NCBI GenBank assembly: GCA_031416735.1
Contig: JANOTZ010000108.1
Coordinates: forward strand, 1-42,559
Length of the DNA: 42,559 bases
Reading direction: 5' to 3'
Source: Frankiales bacterium
GTDB lineage: Bacteria; Actinomycetota; Actinomycetes; Mycobacteriales; SCTD01
The notes beneath the pieces were generated by a model. The model ran no database searches. It saw nothing but the letters and a program-made list of their open reading frames with translations, and was not told the DNA's origin. The position numbers were made by a program, and so were the translations under genes. The first letter of the stretch is position 1, and each line of letters opens with the position of its first letter. This document shows, in pieces, positions 29,768 to 37,983 of the stretch.

Positions 29768-32368
29768 ATGGACGCCGACCGCTTGACCACCAAGTCGCAG
29801 GAGGCCGTGTCGACGGCCGTCCGCCGCGCGGCCGCCGCCGGCCACCCGGAGGTGGCTCCGGTGCACCTGCTCCTGGCCCTGCTCGACCAGGAAGGGGGCG
29901 TGGCCGGTCCGCTGCTCGCAGCCGCGGGCGCCGACCCGGCCGCGGTGCGGAGCCAGGCGGAGCAGCGGGTCCGGGCCCTCCCGACGGCGAGCGGCAGCAG
30001 CGTCGCCGCGCCGGCCCTGAGCCGGGGGGTCCTGTCCGCGCTCGACGCCGCGCAGCAGGCCGCGACCGACAACTCCGATGACTTCGTCTCCACCGAGCAC
30101 CTGGTCGTGGGGCTGGCCTCCCAGCCACTCGGGCTGCCGAAGCCCAAGGACCTGGTGGCCGCCTTCGCGCAGGTGCGCGGCGGCAACCGTCGGGTCACGA
30201 CCCAGGACCCCGAGACGACCTACCAGGCTTTGGACAAGTACGGCGTGGACCTGACCCAGGCGGCGCGGGACGGCAAGCTCGACCCGGTCATCGGCCGCGA
30301 CACCGAGATCCGCCGGGTGGTGCAGGTGCTGTCCAGGAGGACCAAGAACAACCCGGTTCTCATCGGCGAACCCGGCGTCGGCAAGACCGCCGTCGTCGAG
30401 GGACTGGCGCAGCGGATCGTGGCCGGCGACGTGCCGGAATCCTTACGGGACAAGCGATTGGTCTCCCTCGACCTGGCCGCCATGGTCGCCGGCGCGAAAT
30501 ACCGCGGCGAGTTCGAGGAGCGGCTCAAGGCGGTCCTGCAGGAGATCAAGGACTCGGACGGGCAGATCATCACCTTCCTCGACGAGCTGCACACGGTCGT
30601 CGGTGCCGGGAAGGGCGAGGGCAGCATGGACGCCGGCAACATGCTCAAGCCGATGCTGGCGCGCGGCGAGCTGCGGATGGTCGGCGCGACAACCCTCGAT
30701 GAGTTCCGGCAGAACATCGAGAAGGACCCGGCCCTCGAACGGCGCTTCCAGCAGGTGCTCGTCGGCGAGCCGTCGGTCCCCGACACGATCGCGATCCTGC
30801 GCGGGCTCAAGGGACGCTACGAGGCGCACCACGGGGTGGAGATCACCGACTCGGCGCTGGTCGCGGCGGCCACCCTGTCCGACCGCTACATCACCGCGAG
30901 ATTCCTTCCTGACAAGGCGATCGACCTCGTCGACGAAGCCGGCTCCCGGTTGCGGATGGAGATCGACAGCCGGCCCGTCGAGATCGACGAGCTGCAGCGC
31001 TCGGTCGACCGCAAGACGATGGAGGCGCTCGCCCTGGAGAAGGAGAGCGACCCCGCGTCGGTGGAGCGGCTGGCGACCCTGCGCCGCGAGCTGGCAGACA
31101 GCTCCGAGGAGCTGTCCGGGCTGATGGCCCGGTGGGAGCACGAGAAGTCCGGCCTCAACCGGGTCGGGGAGCTCAAGAAGCGCCTCGACGACCTGCGGAC
31201 CGCCTATGAGCGGGCAGTCCGCGAGGCCGACCACGAGACCGCGTCCCGGTTGCTCTACGGCGAGATCCCGACGGTCGAGCGCGAGCTCTCGGAGACAGCC
31301 ACCGTCGCCGACGCGATGGTCAAGGAGCAGGTGACCGCCGACGATGTGGCCGAGGTCGTCGCCGCCTGGACCGGCATCCCGGCCGGTCGGCTGCTCGAGG
31401 GCGAGACCGCCAAGCTGCTGCGGATGGAAGAGGCGATCGGCGCCCGGCTGGTGGGTCAGGTGCAGGCCGTGCAGGCCGTGTCGGACGCCGTCCGCCGGGC
31501 CCGCGCGGGCATCTCCGACCCCGACCGCCCGACCGGCTCGTTCCTGTTCCTCGGCCCCACCGGCGTCGGCAAGACCGAGTTGGCCAAGGCGCTCGCGGCG
31601 TACCTGTTCGACGACGAGCGGGCCCTGACCCGCATCGACATGAGCGAGTACGGCGAGAAGCACTCCGTCGCCCGCCTGGTCGGCGCACCGCCCGGTTACG
31701 TCGGCTACGACCAGGGAGGCCAGCTCACCGAGGCGGTCCGCCGCCGGCCCTACAGCGTGGTGCTCTTCGACGAGGTGGAGAAGGCGCACCCGGACGTCTT
31801 CGATGTGCTGCTGCAGGTCCTCGACGACGGTCGGCTCACCGACGGCCAGGGCCGCACCGTCGACTTCCGCAACACCATCTTGGTGCTGACGTCCAACCTC
31901 GGGTCGGCGTTCACCACCGACCCGCTTCTCACCCGGGACCAGCGTCGGGACAAGGTGATGGACGCCGTGCGATCGGCGTTCAAGCCCGAGTTCGTCAACC
32001 GACTCGACGACGTCATCGTCTTCGACGCCCTCGGCACCGACGAGCTCACCCGCATCGTCGACCTGCAGATCGCCTTGCTGGCAGGGCGTCTGGCCGACCG
32101 ACGGCTCACCCTCACCGTCACCGACGCGGCGAAGGAGTGGCTGGCGCTCATCGGCTTCGATCCGGTCTACGGCGCCCGCCCGCTGCGCCGGCTGGTGCAG
32201 AAGGCCGTCGGTGACCGGCTGGCCCGGGCGATCCTCACCGGGGAGGTGCGCGACGGCGACGAGGTCGTCGTTGACCGTGGCCCCTCAGGTGACGGCGGCC
32301 ACGGTGACACCGAGGGCCAGGGTGACGACCTCACCCTCCGGCCCGTCCACCCCGTCGACGCCTCCTGA
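29768..32368 (+). CDS. clpB: Chaperone ClpB
   Basis: Two AAA modules ([16 protein letters not shown]), coiled-coil M domain and YGARPLRR. Confidence 0.98.
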   Translation: MDADRLTTKSQEAVSTAVRRAAAAGHPEVAPVHLLLALLDQEGGVAGPLLAAAGADPAAVRSQAEQRVRALPTASGSSVAAPALSRGVLSALDAAQQAATDNSDDFVSTEHLVVGLASQPLGLPKPKDLVAAFAQVRGGNRRVTTQDPETTYQALDKYGVDLTQAARDGKLDPVIGRDTEIRRVVQVLSRRTKNNPVLIGEPGVGKTAVVEGLAQRIVAGDVPESLRDKRLVSLDLAAMVAGAKYRGEFEERLKAVLQEIKDSDGQIITFLDELHTVVGAGKGEGSMDAGNMLKPMLARGELRMVGATTLDEFRQNIEKDPALERRFQQVLVGEPSVPDTIAILRGLKGRYEAHHGVEITDSALVAAATLSDRYITARFLPDKAIDLVDEAGSRLRMEIDSRPVEIDELQRSVDRKTMEALALEKESDPASVERLATLRRELADSSEELSGLMARWEHEKSGLNRVGELKKRLDDLRTAYERAVREADHETASRLLYGEIPTVERELSETATVADAMVKEQVTADDVAEVVAAWTGIPAGRLLEGETAKLLRMEEAIGARLVGQVQAVQAVSDAVRRARAGISDPDRPTGSFLFLGPTGVGKTELAKALAAYLFDDERALTRIDMSEYGEKHSVARLVGAPPGYVGYDQGGQLTEAVRRRPYSVVLFDEVEKAHPDVFDVLLQVLDDGRLTDGQGRTVDFRNTILVLTSNLGSAFTTDPLLTRDQRRDKVMDAVRSAFKPEFVNRLDDVIVFDALGTDELTRIVDLQIALLAGRLADRRLTLTVTDAAKEWLALIGFDPVYGARPLRRLVQKAVGDRLARAILTGEVRDGDEVVVDRGPSGDGGHGDTEGQGDDLTLRPVHPVDAS

Positions 32369-32398
32369 TCCCCCGGCTCGTCCACCCCGTCGACGCCT
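32344..32398 (+). repeat. 20-nt direct repeat copying the clpB 3' end
   Basis: CGTCCACCCCGTCGACGCCT at 32344 and 32379, each followed shortly by TGA. Confidence 0.85.
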
Positions 32399-32419
32399 GA
32401 CCCTCCCGCCGTACCCCTT

Positions 32420-32472
32420 CCTTGCGTCTGCCCGGCTGCGCCCTTGACGTGGCCACTTCGGCAGACGTAAGG
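32420..32472. repeat. Inverted repeat (terminator or REP-like hairpin) after clpB
   Basis: CCTTGCGTCTGCC ... GGCAGACGTAAGG: 13-bp arms with one G-U pair. Confidence 0.65.
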
Positions 32473-32495
32473 GGTCGGGATGGCAGGGTGGGGGG

Positions 32496-33476
32496 ATGGA
32501 GCTGCTCGTGCTGGGTGGGACCCGTTTCGTCGGTCGGGCGGTGGTGCTCGACGCCCTCGCCCGCGGCTGGACGGTGACGGCCCTCAACCGCGGCGTCAGC
32601 GGCCCGCTGCCCGCCTCGGGCGGGCAGCTCACCGCCGACCGCACCGACCCCACCACCCTCGCGCGGGCCCTCGCCGGGCGGTCCTTCGACCTGGCCGTCG
32701 ACACCTGGTCCGGCACCCCGGACGTCGTACAGACCGCCGCGGATCTGCTCGCCGGGCGGGTGGGTCGGCTTGGCTACGTGTCGAGCATCAGCGTCTACAC
32801 CGAGGGCCGCCCGCCTGGCGGGGACGAGTCGTGGCCGACGGTGGAGACGACTCCGGAGGTGACCGGATACCCGGCGGACAAGCGGGGTGGTGAGCTCGCC
32901 GCCGCACAAGCCTTCCCGGACGCGATCCTGGCCCGCCCCGGGATGATCCTGGGCCCCTGGGAGAACATCGGCCGGCTGCCCTGGTGGCTCGGCCGGGCCG
33001 CGCGCGGTGGCCGCATCGTCGCCCCGGGCAGACCGCAAAGAGCCATCCAGTACGTCGATGTGCGCGACCTCGCGTCCTGGTTGCTCGACGCCCTGCAGGG
33101 CACCGTCGCCGGCCCCTTCGACCTGACCTGCCCGAGCGGGCACACCACCACCGAGATGCTGCTCGAGGCGGTCGTCGAGACGACAGGCAGCACGGCCGAG
33201 CTGGTCTGGGTCGACCAAGAGGCCGTGCTCGCCAGCGGGGCGGAGCCGTGGACGCAGCTGCCCTGCTGGGTGCCCGAGGGCGGGGAGTTCGACGGCTTCA
33301 TGGAGGGCGACACCAGCCGCGCCGTGAGCGCCGGACTGCGGTCCCGAACGGTGGTGGAGACGGTCCGCGACACCTGGGCCTGGCAGCAGCAGGAGGGTAT
33401 GCCGGAGGCACCCGCCGGCCGCCCTCCGCACGGGCTGCCGGAAAACCTGGAGCGCCAACTGCTCGAAGGCCGATAG
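32496..33476 (+). CDS. NAD-dependent epimerase/dehydratase (atypical SDR)
   Basis: LVLGGTRFVG, YVSSISVY, Y..DK, RPGMILGP and DVRDLA. Confidence 0.9.
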   Translation: MELLVLGGTRFVGRAVVLDALARGWTVTALNRGVSGPLPASGGQLTADRTDPTTLARALAGRSFDLAVDTWSGTPDVVQTAADLLAGRVGRLGYVSSISVYTEGRPPGGDESWPTVETTPEVTGYPADKRGGELAAAQAFPDAILARPGMILGPWENIGRLPWWLGRAARGGRIVAPGRPQRAIQYVDVRDLASWLLDALQGTVAGPFDLTCPSGHTTTEMLLEAVVETTGSTAELVWVDQEAVLASGAEPWTQLPCWVPEGGEFDGFMEGDTSRAVSAGLRSRTVVETVRDTWAWQQQEGMPEAPAGRPPHGLPENLERQLLEGR

Positions 33477-33487
33477 CCTTGCCGCCT

Positions 33488-34030
33488 GTGACCGACCGCG
33501 AAGCACTCCTGTCCCTCGTCCGCTCCCAGGCAATCGTCCACGGCAGGGTCACCCTGTCGTCGGGCCGCGAGGCCGACTACTACGTCGATCTGCGCCGCAC
33601 CACCCTGTCCGCCACCGCCGCGCCGCTCGTCGGCAAGGTGATGCTGGAGCTCACCGCCGACCTCGACTACGACGCGGTCGGGGGCCTCACCATGGGGGCC
33701 GACCCGATCGCCGCCGCGATGCTCCACCAGGCCGCGGCCCAGGGCCGCCTGCTCGACGCCTTCGTGGTCCGCAAGGAGGCCAAGGCGCACGGCCTGCAGA
33801 AGCAGATCGAGGGCCCCGACATCACCGGCCGCCGGGTGCTGGTCGTCGAGGACACCTCCACCACCGGCGGCTCCCCGCTGGCCGCGCTCGCCGCGGTACG
33901 TGCGGCCGGCGCCATCCCGGTCGGGGTCGCGACCATCGCCGACCGGGCCACCGGCGCGGGCGAGAAGATCGAGGCGGAGGGCGTTCCCTACCGGTTTGCC
34001 TACTCCCTCACCGATCTCGGCCTGGCGTAG
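33488..34030 (+). CDS. pyrE: Orotate phosphoribosyltransferase
   Basis: VTLSSG, YYVDLR, VRKEAKAHG and VVEDTSTTGGS. Confidence 0.96.
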   Translation: MTDREALLSLVRSQAIVHGRVTLSSGREADYYVDLRRTTLSATAAPLVGKVMLELTADLDYDAVGGLTMGADPIAAAMLHQAAAQGRLLDAFVVRKEAKAHGLQKQIEGPDITGRRVLVVEDTSTTGGSPLAALAAVRAAGAIPVGVATIADRATGAGEKIEAEGVPYRFAYSLTDLGLA

Positions 34031-34065
34031 CCCGCACGGGCCAGCTTTCGCCGTACCGTCTGGGT

Positions 34066-34746
34066 GTGGAACCGATCTTCCTGTTCGTCCTCGCCGGCCT
34101 GGCGATGGGCGCCTTCGCGTGGTTCAGCTATGTGCAGGCCAAGAAGCGGCGCGAGCTGCTGCAGCAGTTCGCCGCCGGGCAGGGCTGGACCTACCTGGCA
34201 CGCGACGACAACTGGGCGACGCGGTTCGCCGGGGAGCCGTTCGACGAGGGCGACAACCGCAAGGCGCAGAACGTCCTGCAGGGGCAGTGGCGGAGCTGGT
34301 CGATGGTGGCTTTCGACTACTCCTACGAGACGCACAGCACCGACTCGAAGGGGCACCGCACCACCCACACGCACAGCTTCGCGCTCTGCGGCCTGGCCCT
34401 CGGCGGCTACGTGCCGGAGGTCGAGTTGACTCCGGAGAGCATGTTCGGCCGGCTCGGCACAGCCCTTGGAATGCAAGACATCGAGCTCGAGAGCGAGGAC
34501 TTCAACCGTCGCTACCGGGTCCGGTCCGACAACCCGAAATTCGCCTACGACGTGCTGCCGCCGCGCACGATGGAGGCACTGTTGGGCCGTCCGGCCCTGC
34601 ACCTGCGCCTGGCCGGCTCCGATGCCCTGTGCTGGGAGTCCGGCCGGCACGGTCCGGCCGAGCTCCTCGCCCGGCTGGACGCGCTTGCCTGCGTGCTCGA
34701 CGGCATCCCCGACTTCGTCTGGTCCGACCTGAAGGAAACCCCGTGA
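34066..34746 (+). CDS. Membrane-anchored hypothetical protein (DUF3137-like), lemA partner
   Basis: N-terminal TM and DIELESEDFNRRY; TACCGT 6 nt upstream of the GTG; GTGA overlap with lemA. Confidence 0.75.
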   Translation: MEPIFLFVLAGLAMGAFAWFSYVQAKKRRELLQQFAAGQGWTYLARDDNWATRFAGEPFDEGDNRKAQNVLQGQWRSWSMVAFDYSYETHSTDSKGHRTTHTHSFALCGLALGGYVPEVELTPESMFGRLGTALGMQDIELESEDFNRRYRVRSDNPKFAYDVLPPRTMEALLGRPALHLRLAGSDALCWESGRHGPAELLARLDALACVLDGIPDFVWSDLKETP

Positions 34747-35303
34747 CTGCTCTGTACGTCGTCCTCGGCGCGATCGCCCTGGTGGCCCTGGCCGTGATCA
34801 TCAGCTACAACCGGTTCGTCCGGCAGCGCAACCTGGTGCAGGAGTCGTGGCGGCAGATCGACGTCGAGCTGACCCGTCGGCACGAGCTCGTCCCCAACCT
34901 GGTCGAGACCGTGAAGGGCTACGCCGCGCACGAGCGCACCGTGCTCTCCTCCGTCGTCGAGGCCCGCAACGTGGCCGTCGCGACGACCGGGTCGCCGGCT
35001 GCCCAGGCCGCCGCCGAGAGCAAGCTCGGCGGGACGCTCCGCGGGCTGTTCGCCGTGGCCGAGGCCTACCCGGACCTGAAGGCGGCCGGACCGTTCCAGC
35101 AGCTCCAGGAGCAGCTCGCCGAGACCGAGGACCGGATCGCTGCCGGCCGCCGGTTCTACAACGGCAACGTGCGGTCGCTCAACACTCGGGTCGAGGCGTT
35201 CCCGTCCTCGATCGTGGCGTCGGCGTTCCACGTCGAGAGGGCGGAGTACTTCGAGACCGACGACCCGGACGTCCGCGCCCCCGTCAAGGTCGAGTTCACG
35301 TAA
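34743..35303 (+). CDS. lemA: LemA family protein
   Basis: YNRFV, IDVELTRRHELVPNLVETVKGYAAHE, EAYPDLKA and RRFYN. Confidence 0.95.
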   Translation: MTALYVVLGAIALVALAVIISYNRFVRQRNLVQESWRQIDVELTRRHELVPNLVETVKGYAAHERTVLSSVVEARNVAVATTGSPAAQAAAESKLGGTLRGLFAVAEAYPDLKAAGPFQQLQEQLAETEDRIAAGRRFYNGNVRSLNTRVEAFPSSIVASAFHVERAEYFETDDPDVRAPVKVEFT

Positions 35304-35310
35304 CCCCCTG

Positions 35311-35430
35311 ATCTCCTGGGGCCCTGACCCCTGGGGCCCTCATCTCCTGGGGCCCTGACCCCTGGGGCCCCCATCTCCTGGGGCCCGGACCCCTGGGGCC
35401 CTCATTTTCTGGGGCCTGATCCCTGGGGCC
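35311..35430 (+). repeat. 31-nt tandem repeat x4 (last copy degenerate)
   Basis: ATCTCCTGGGGCCCTGACCCCTGGGGCCCTC units. Confidence 0.92.
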
Positions 35431-35468
35431 GGCCTTCCCTGGTCCCCTGACCACCTGGGGTGGGGCCC

Positions 35469-35556
35469 TCCCTTCCGGCCGCCGGAAGGGAAGGCCGTGG
35501 AGCCCCCTTTCGTGAGCGTGCGTCGGGGGTCGCCGCTCGGATAAGGGAAGGGAAGC
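35469..35556. repeat. REP-like element, left copy
   Basis: Hairpin TCCCTTCCGG-CCG-CCGGAAGGGA, then TGAGCGTG and GAAGGGAAGC. Confidence 0.65.
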
Positions 35557-35650
35557 GTCTGCTCAGGGGAGGCTGTTCCTCTCGGCCGGAGGCTCAGGGG
35601 CGGTTGCGCAAGTGGTCGGCGGCGCAGTCGGCGGCTAGCGCGGCGGCTCG

Positions 35651-35703
35651 GGCGGTCGGTGCTCTGGCGGTCGGTGCTTTGGCGGTCGGTGCTCTGGCGG
35701 TCG
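35651..35703 (+). repeat. 15-nt tandem repeat x3.5
   Basis: GGCGGTCGGTGCT(C/T)T. Confidence 0.9.
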
Positions 35704-35753
35704 ACGGCTCGAGTCGCTGGTACTCGACCGCACTCGAGGGGAGCGGCCGAGGT

Positions 35754-35762
35754 TGTGGACAA
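35754..35762 (-). promoter_or_regulatory. DnaA-box-like site TTGTCCACA
   Basis: Exact match to the Streptomyces-type DnaA box, about 40 nt upstream of the gene start. Confidence 0.5.
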
Positions 35763-35802
35763 CCTCGACCGCATGCGATGGGAACTTGGCACCCTTCGCG
35801 TC

Positions 35803-36822
35803 ATGGCTGAGGACCGACAACTTCGCCCCGAGCTGCGGCTCGCAGCCGTGGCCTCCGCTCAGGGTGGCGAGTTCACCAATGCCCAAGCCCGCGCGGCCGG
35901 GTGGACGAAGGCTGCCATCGAGGCGCAGGTGCGCAGCGGCACCTGGCACCGCGTTGCCCGTGGTGTCTACGTGGACAGAGCCCTCTGGGACGGCATGGAC
36001 GCCCGCCTTCGACACCTGTGCGAAGTGCGCGCCCGGCTGCTGGTGCTCGGGCCCGGGTGGGCGGCGGCTCGTCGGTCTGCCGTCCTCGCCCACGACCTCC
36101 CCTACCTCGGCAAGCAGCCTCAGCAACCGCAACTGGCGCATGACAAGGTCAGACCTGGCACCCGAGCCACCTCGCGGCATGAACGCATCGCTGGCTTGCC
36201 CGCGTCTGACATCCGACAAGGCGTTGGCCTGCAGTGCACGTCGCTCGCGCGGACTGCGGTCGACCTCGGGAGGCATGAGTCGTTCCGCAGTGCTGTCGTG
36301 GTGGCGGATGCCGCCCTACGTCGAGGCCTGGACCGGGCAGTACTGCTCGCGTGCGCCGGCCGGAGCGTCAGGTGGCCGGGGGGTCCCCAAGCGATGCGGA
36401 TGGCGCAGTTCGCCGACGGACTGAGCGAGAGCCCCCTCGAGTCGATCTCCAGAGTCGCGATCGCCGATTGCGGGTTGCCCGCGCCCGAACTCCAGGTGGA
36501 GATCTGGCTAGGACAGCGACTTCTGGCCCGGGTCGACAAGCTGTGGCGCGGTTGGAACCTGGTCGGCGAGGACGACGGCCGTAGCAAGTACGACGGAGCT
36601 GACGGCTTCTATGCCGAGAAGCTGCGGGAGGAGACGCTGGAGGACGTCGGCCTCGAGGTGGTCCGATGGGACTGGGACACCGCCTGGCGTCCGAACGGCA
36701 GGCTGGACGCGAAAATCCGTCGCGGCATGGTTCAGGGATCCGGCAAGACGCTGGACCCTCGGGTTCGGTTCGTGACGACGACCGTCGCGGACGCACTCCG
36801 CCGTACACAGGCCGCGAGCTGA
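35803..36822 (+). CDS. AbiEi-like N-terminal HTH plus DUF559/Vsr-like nuclease-fold protein
   Basis: QGGEFT..QARAAG...W.RVARGVY, TSLARTAVDL, SESPLES, P.PELQ, RVD...GEDDG.SKY and VVRW. Confidence 0.82.
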   Translation: MAEDRQLRPELRLAAVASAQGGEFTNAQARAAGWTKAAIEAQVRSGTWHRVARGVYVDRALWDGMDARLRHLCEVRARLLVLGPGWAAARRSAVLAHDLPYLGKQPQQPQLAHDKVRPGTRATSRHERIAGLPASDIRQGVGLQCTSLARTAVDLGRHESFRSAVVVADAALRRGLDRAVLLACAGRSVRWPGGPQAMRMAQFADGLSESPLESISRVAIADCGLPAPELQVEIWLGQRLLARVDKLWRGWNLVGEDDGRSKYDGADGFYAEKLREETLEDVGLEVVRWDWDTAWRPNGRLDAKIRRGMVQGSGKTLDPRVRFVTTTVADALRRTQAAS

Positions 36823-36908
36823 CGGCTGCCGTACACAGGCCGCGAGCTGACGGCTGCCGTACACAGGCCGCGAGCTGACGGCTGCCGTAGACAGGCCGCG
36901 AGCTGACG
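36800..36908 (+). repeat. 28-nt tandem repeat x4 spanning the stop codon
   Basis: GCCGTACACAGGCCGCGAGCTGACGGCT. Confidence 0.95.
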
Positions 36909-36941
36909 ACCGACCGCATCCGCATCCGCGCCCGCGCTTGT

Positions 36942-37060
36942 CCGCACTCCTGGCCACCCGCACTCCTGGCCACCCGCACTCCTGGCCACCCGCACTCCTG
37001 GCCACCCGCACTCCTGGCCACCCGCACTCCTGCCCACCCGCACCCCTGCCCACCCGCACC
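36942..37060 (+). repeat. 16-nt tandem repeat x7
   Basis: CCGCACTCCTGGCCAC: five exact copies and two variant copies. Confidence 0.95.
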
Positions 37061-37079
37061 GTGGCCTACTGGCGCAGCT

Positions 37080-37166
37080 TCCCTTCTGGTGGCCGGAAGG
37101 AAAGGGGTTTGCAGGGGGGTGCTGAGCGTGAGCGGTAGGCGCTCGATCGGCGAGGAGAAGGGAAGC
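37080..37166. repeat. REP-like element, right copy
   Basis: TCCCTTCTGG-TGG-CCGGAAGGAA, then TGAGCGTG and GAAGGGAAGC at the same spacing (within 1 nt) as the left copy. Confidence 0.62.
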
Positions 37167-37188
37167 CCGGCGGGCGAAGACCCACTGG

Positions 37189-37240
37189 CGGCGCCGGCGG
37201 TCCGTTTCAGTTGTCGGCGCCGGCGGTCCGTTTCAGGTGT
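37189..37240. repeat. 26-nt tandem duplication spanning the dedA stop
   Basis: CGGCGCCGGCGGTCCGTTTCAG(T/G)TGT x2. Confidence 0.9.
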
Positions 37241-37880
37241 CGGTGTCGGTGCGCTTGCGCTGCTTGCGGATCTCGAACGCGATCGGCAGCACCGAGATCA
37301 CCACCACGAGCACGGCGAAGACCTCCAGGTTCTTGCCGATGAAGTGGACCTGCCCGAGGTAGTAGCCGAGCAGGACCACGCCGGTGCCCCACAGCACGGC
37401 GCCCACGACGTTCCACAGCAGGAACGTCCGGGCCGGCACGTGCAGGGCGCCTGCGAGCGGGTTGATGAAGGTCCGCACGATCGGCACGAAGCGCGCGATC
37501 ACGATGGCCTTCGCCGGTCCGTAGTGGCCCAGGACCTCCTCGGCCTTGTCGACGTACTTCTTCTTGAACATCCGGCTGTCGGGGCGCTGGAAGAGCGGCG
37601 GCCCAGCCTTGTGACCGATCAGGAAACCGGTCTGGGCGCCGACGATCGCGACCACCGTCATGAGCAGGCACACCAGCGCCACCGGTGGGGTGTCGACGCC
37701 GGGGATGCCCCCTGAGGCCGCGAAGCCGGCGGCGAACAGCAGCGAGTCACCGGGCAGGAAGAACCCGAGCAGCAGGCCGGTCTCGGCGAAGACGATGAAC
37801 AGCAGCAGTGCCAGGCCGTAGTTCTCGACCAGCTGTTGGCCGTCGAGGATCGCGGGCAGGGCGGAAAGGGTGGCGCTCAC
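37233..37880 (-). CDS. dedA: DedA/VTT family membrane protein
   Basis: FAETGLLLGFFLPGDSLLFAAG and ARFVPIVRTF; TAGGTT 6 nt upstream of the GTG. Confidence 0.93.
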   Translation of the reverse strand: MSATLSALPAILDGQQLVENYGLALLLFIVFAETGLLLGFFLPGDSLLFAAGFAASGGIPGVDTPPVALVCLLMTVVAIVGAQTGFLIGHKAGPPLFQRPDSRMFKKKYVDKAEEVLGHYGPAKAIVIARFVPIVRTFINPLAGALHVPARTFLLWNVVGAVLWGTGVVLLGYYLGQVHFIGKNLEVFAVLVVVISVLPIAFEIRKQRKRTDTDT

Positions 37881-37983
37881 GCCGCCAACCTACCTGGGTT
37901 GTTGGACACGGCCCCGCGTCGACGGAGGACAGGGCCTACCCGGGCAGCTGCCGACGGAAGGCAGGGCCGACGGGGGCAGCTGG

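Noticed and set aside
35803-36822. Type IV toxin-antitoxin (AbiE) system
   Set aside because: No adjacent AbiEii nucleotidyltransferase gene.
35311-37060. Tandem arrays as CRISPR
   Set aside because: Units are head-to-tail without unique spacers, and there are no cas genes.
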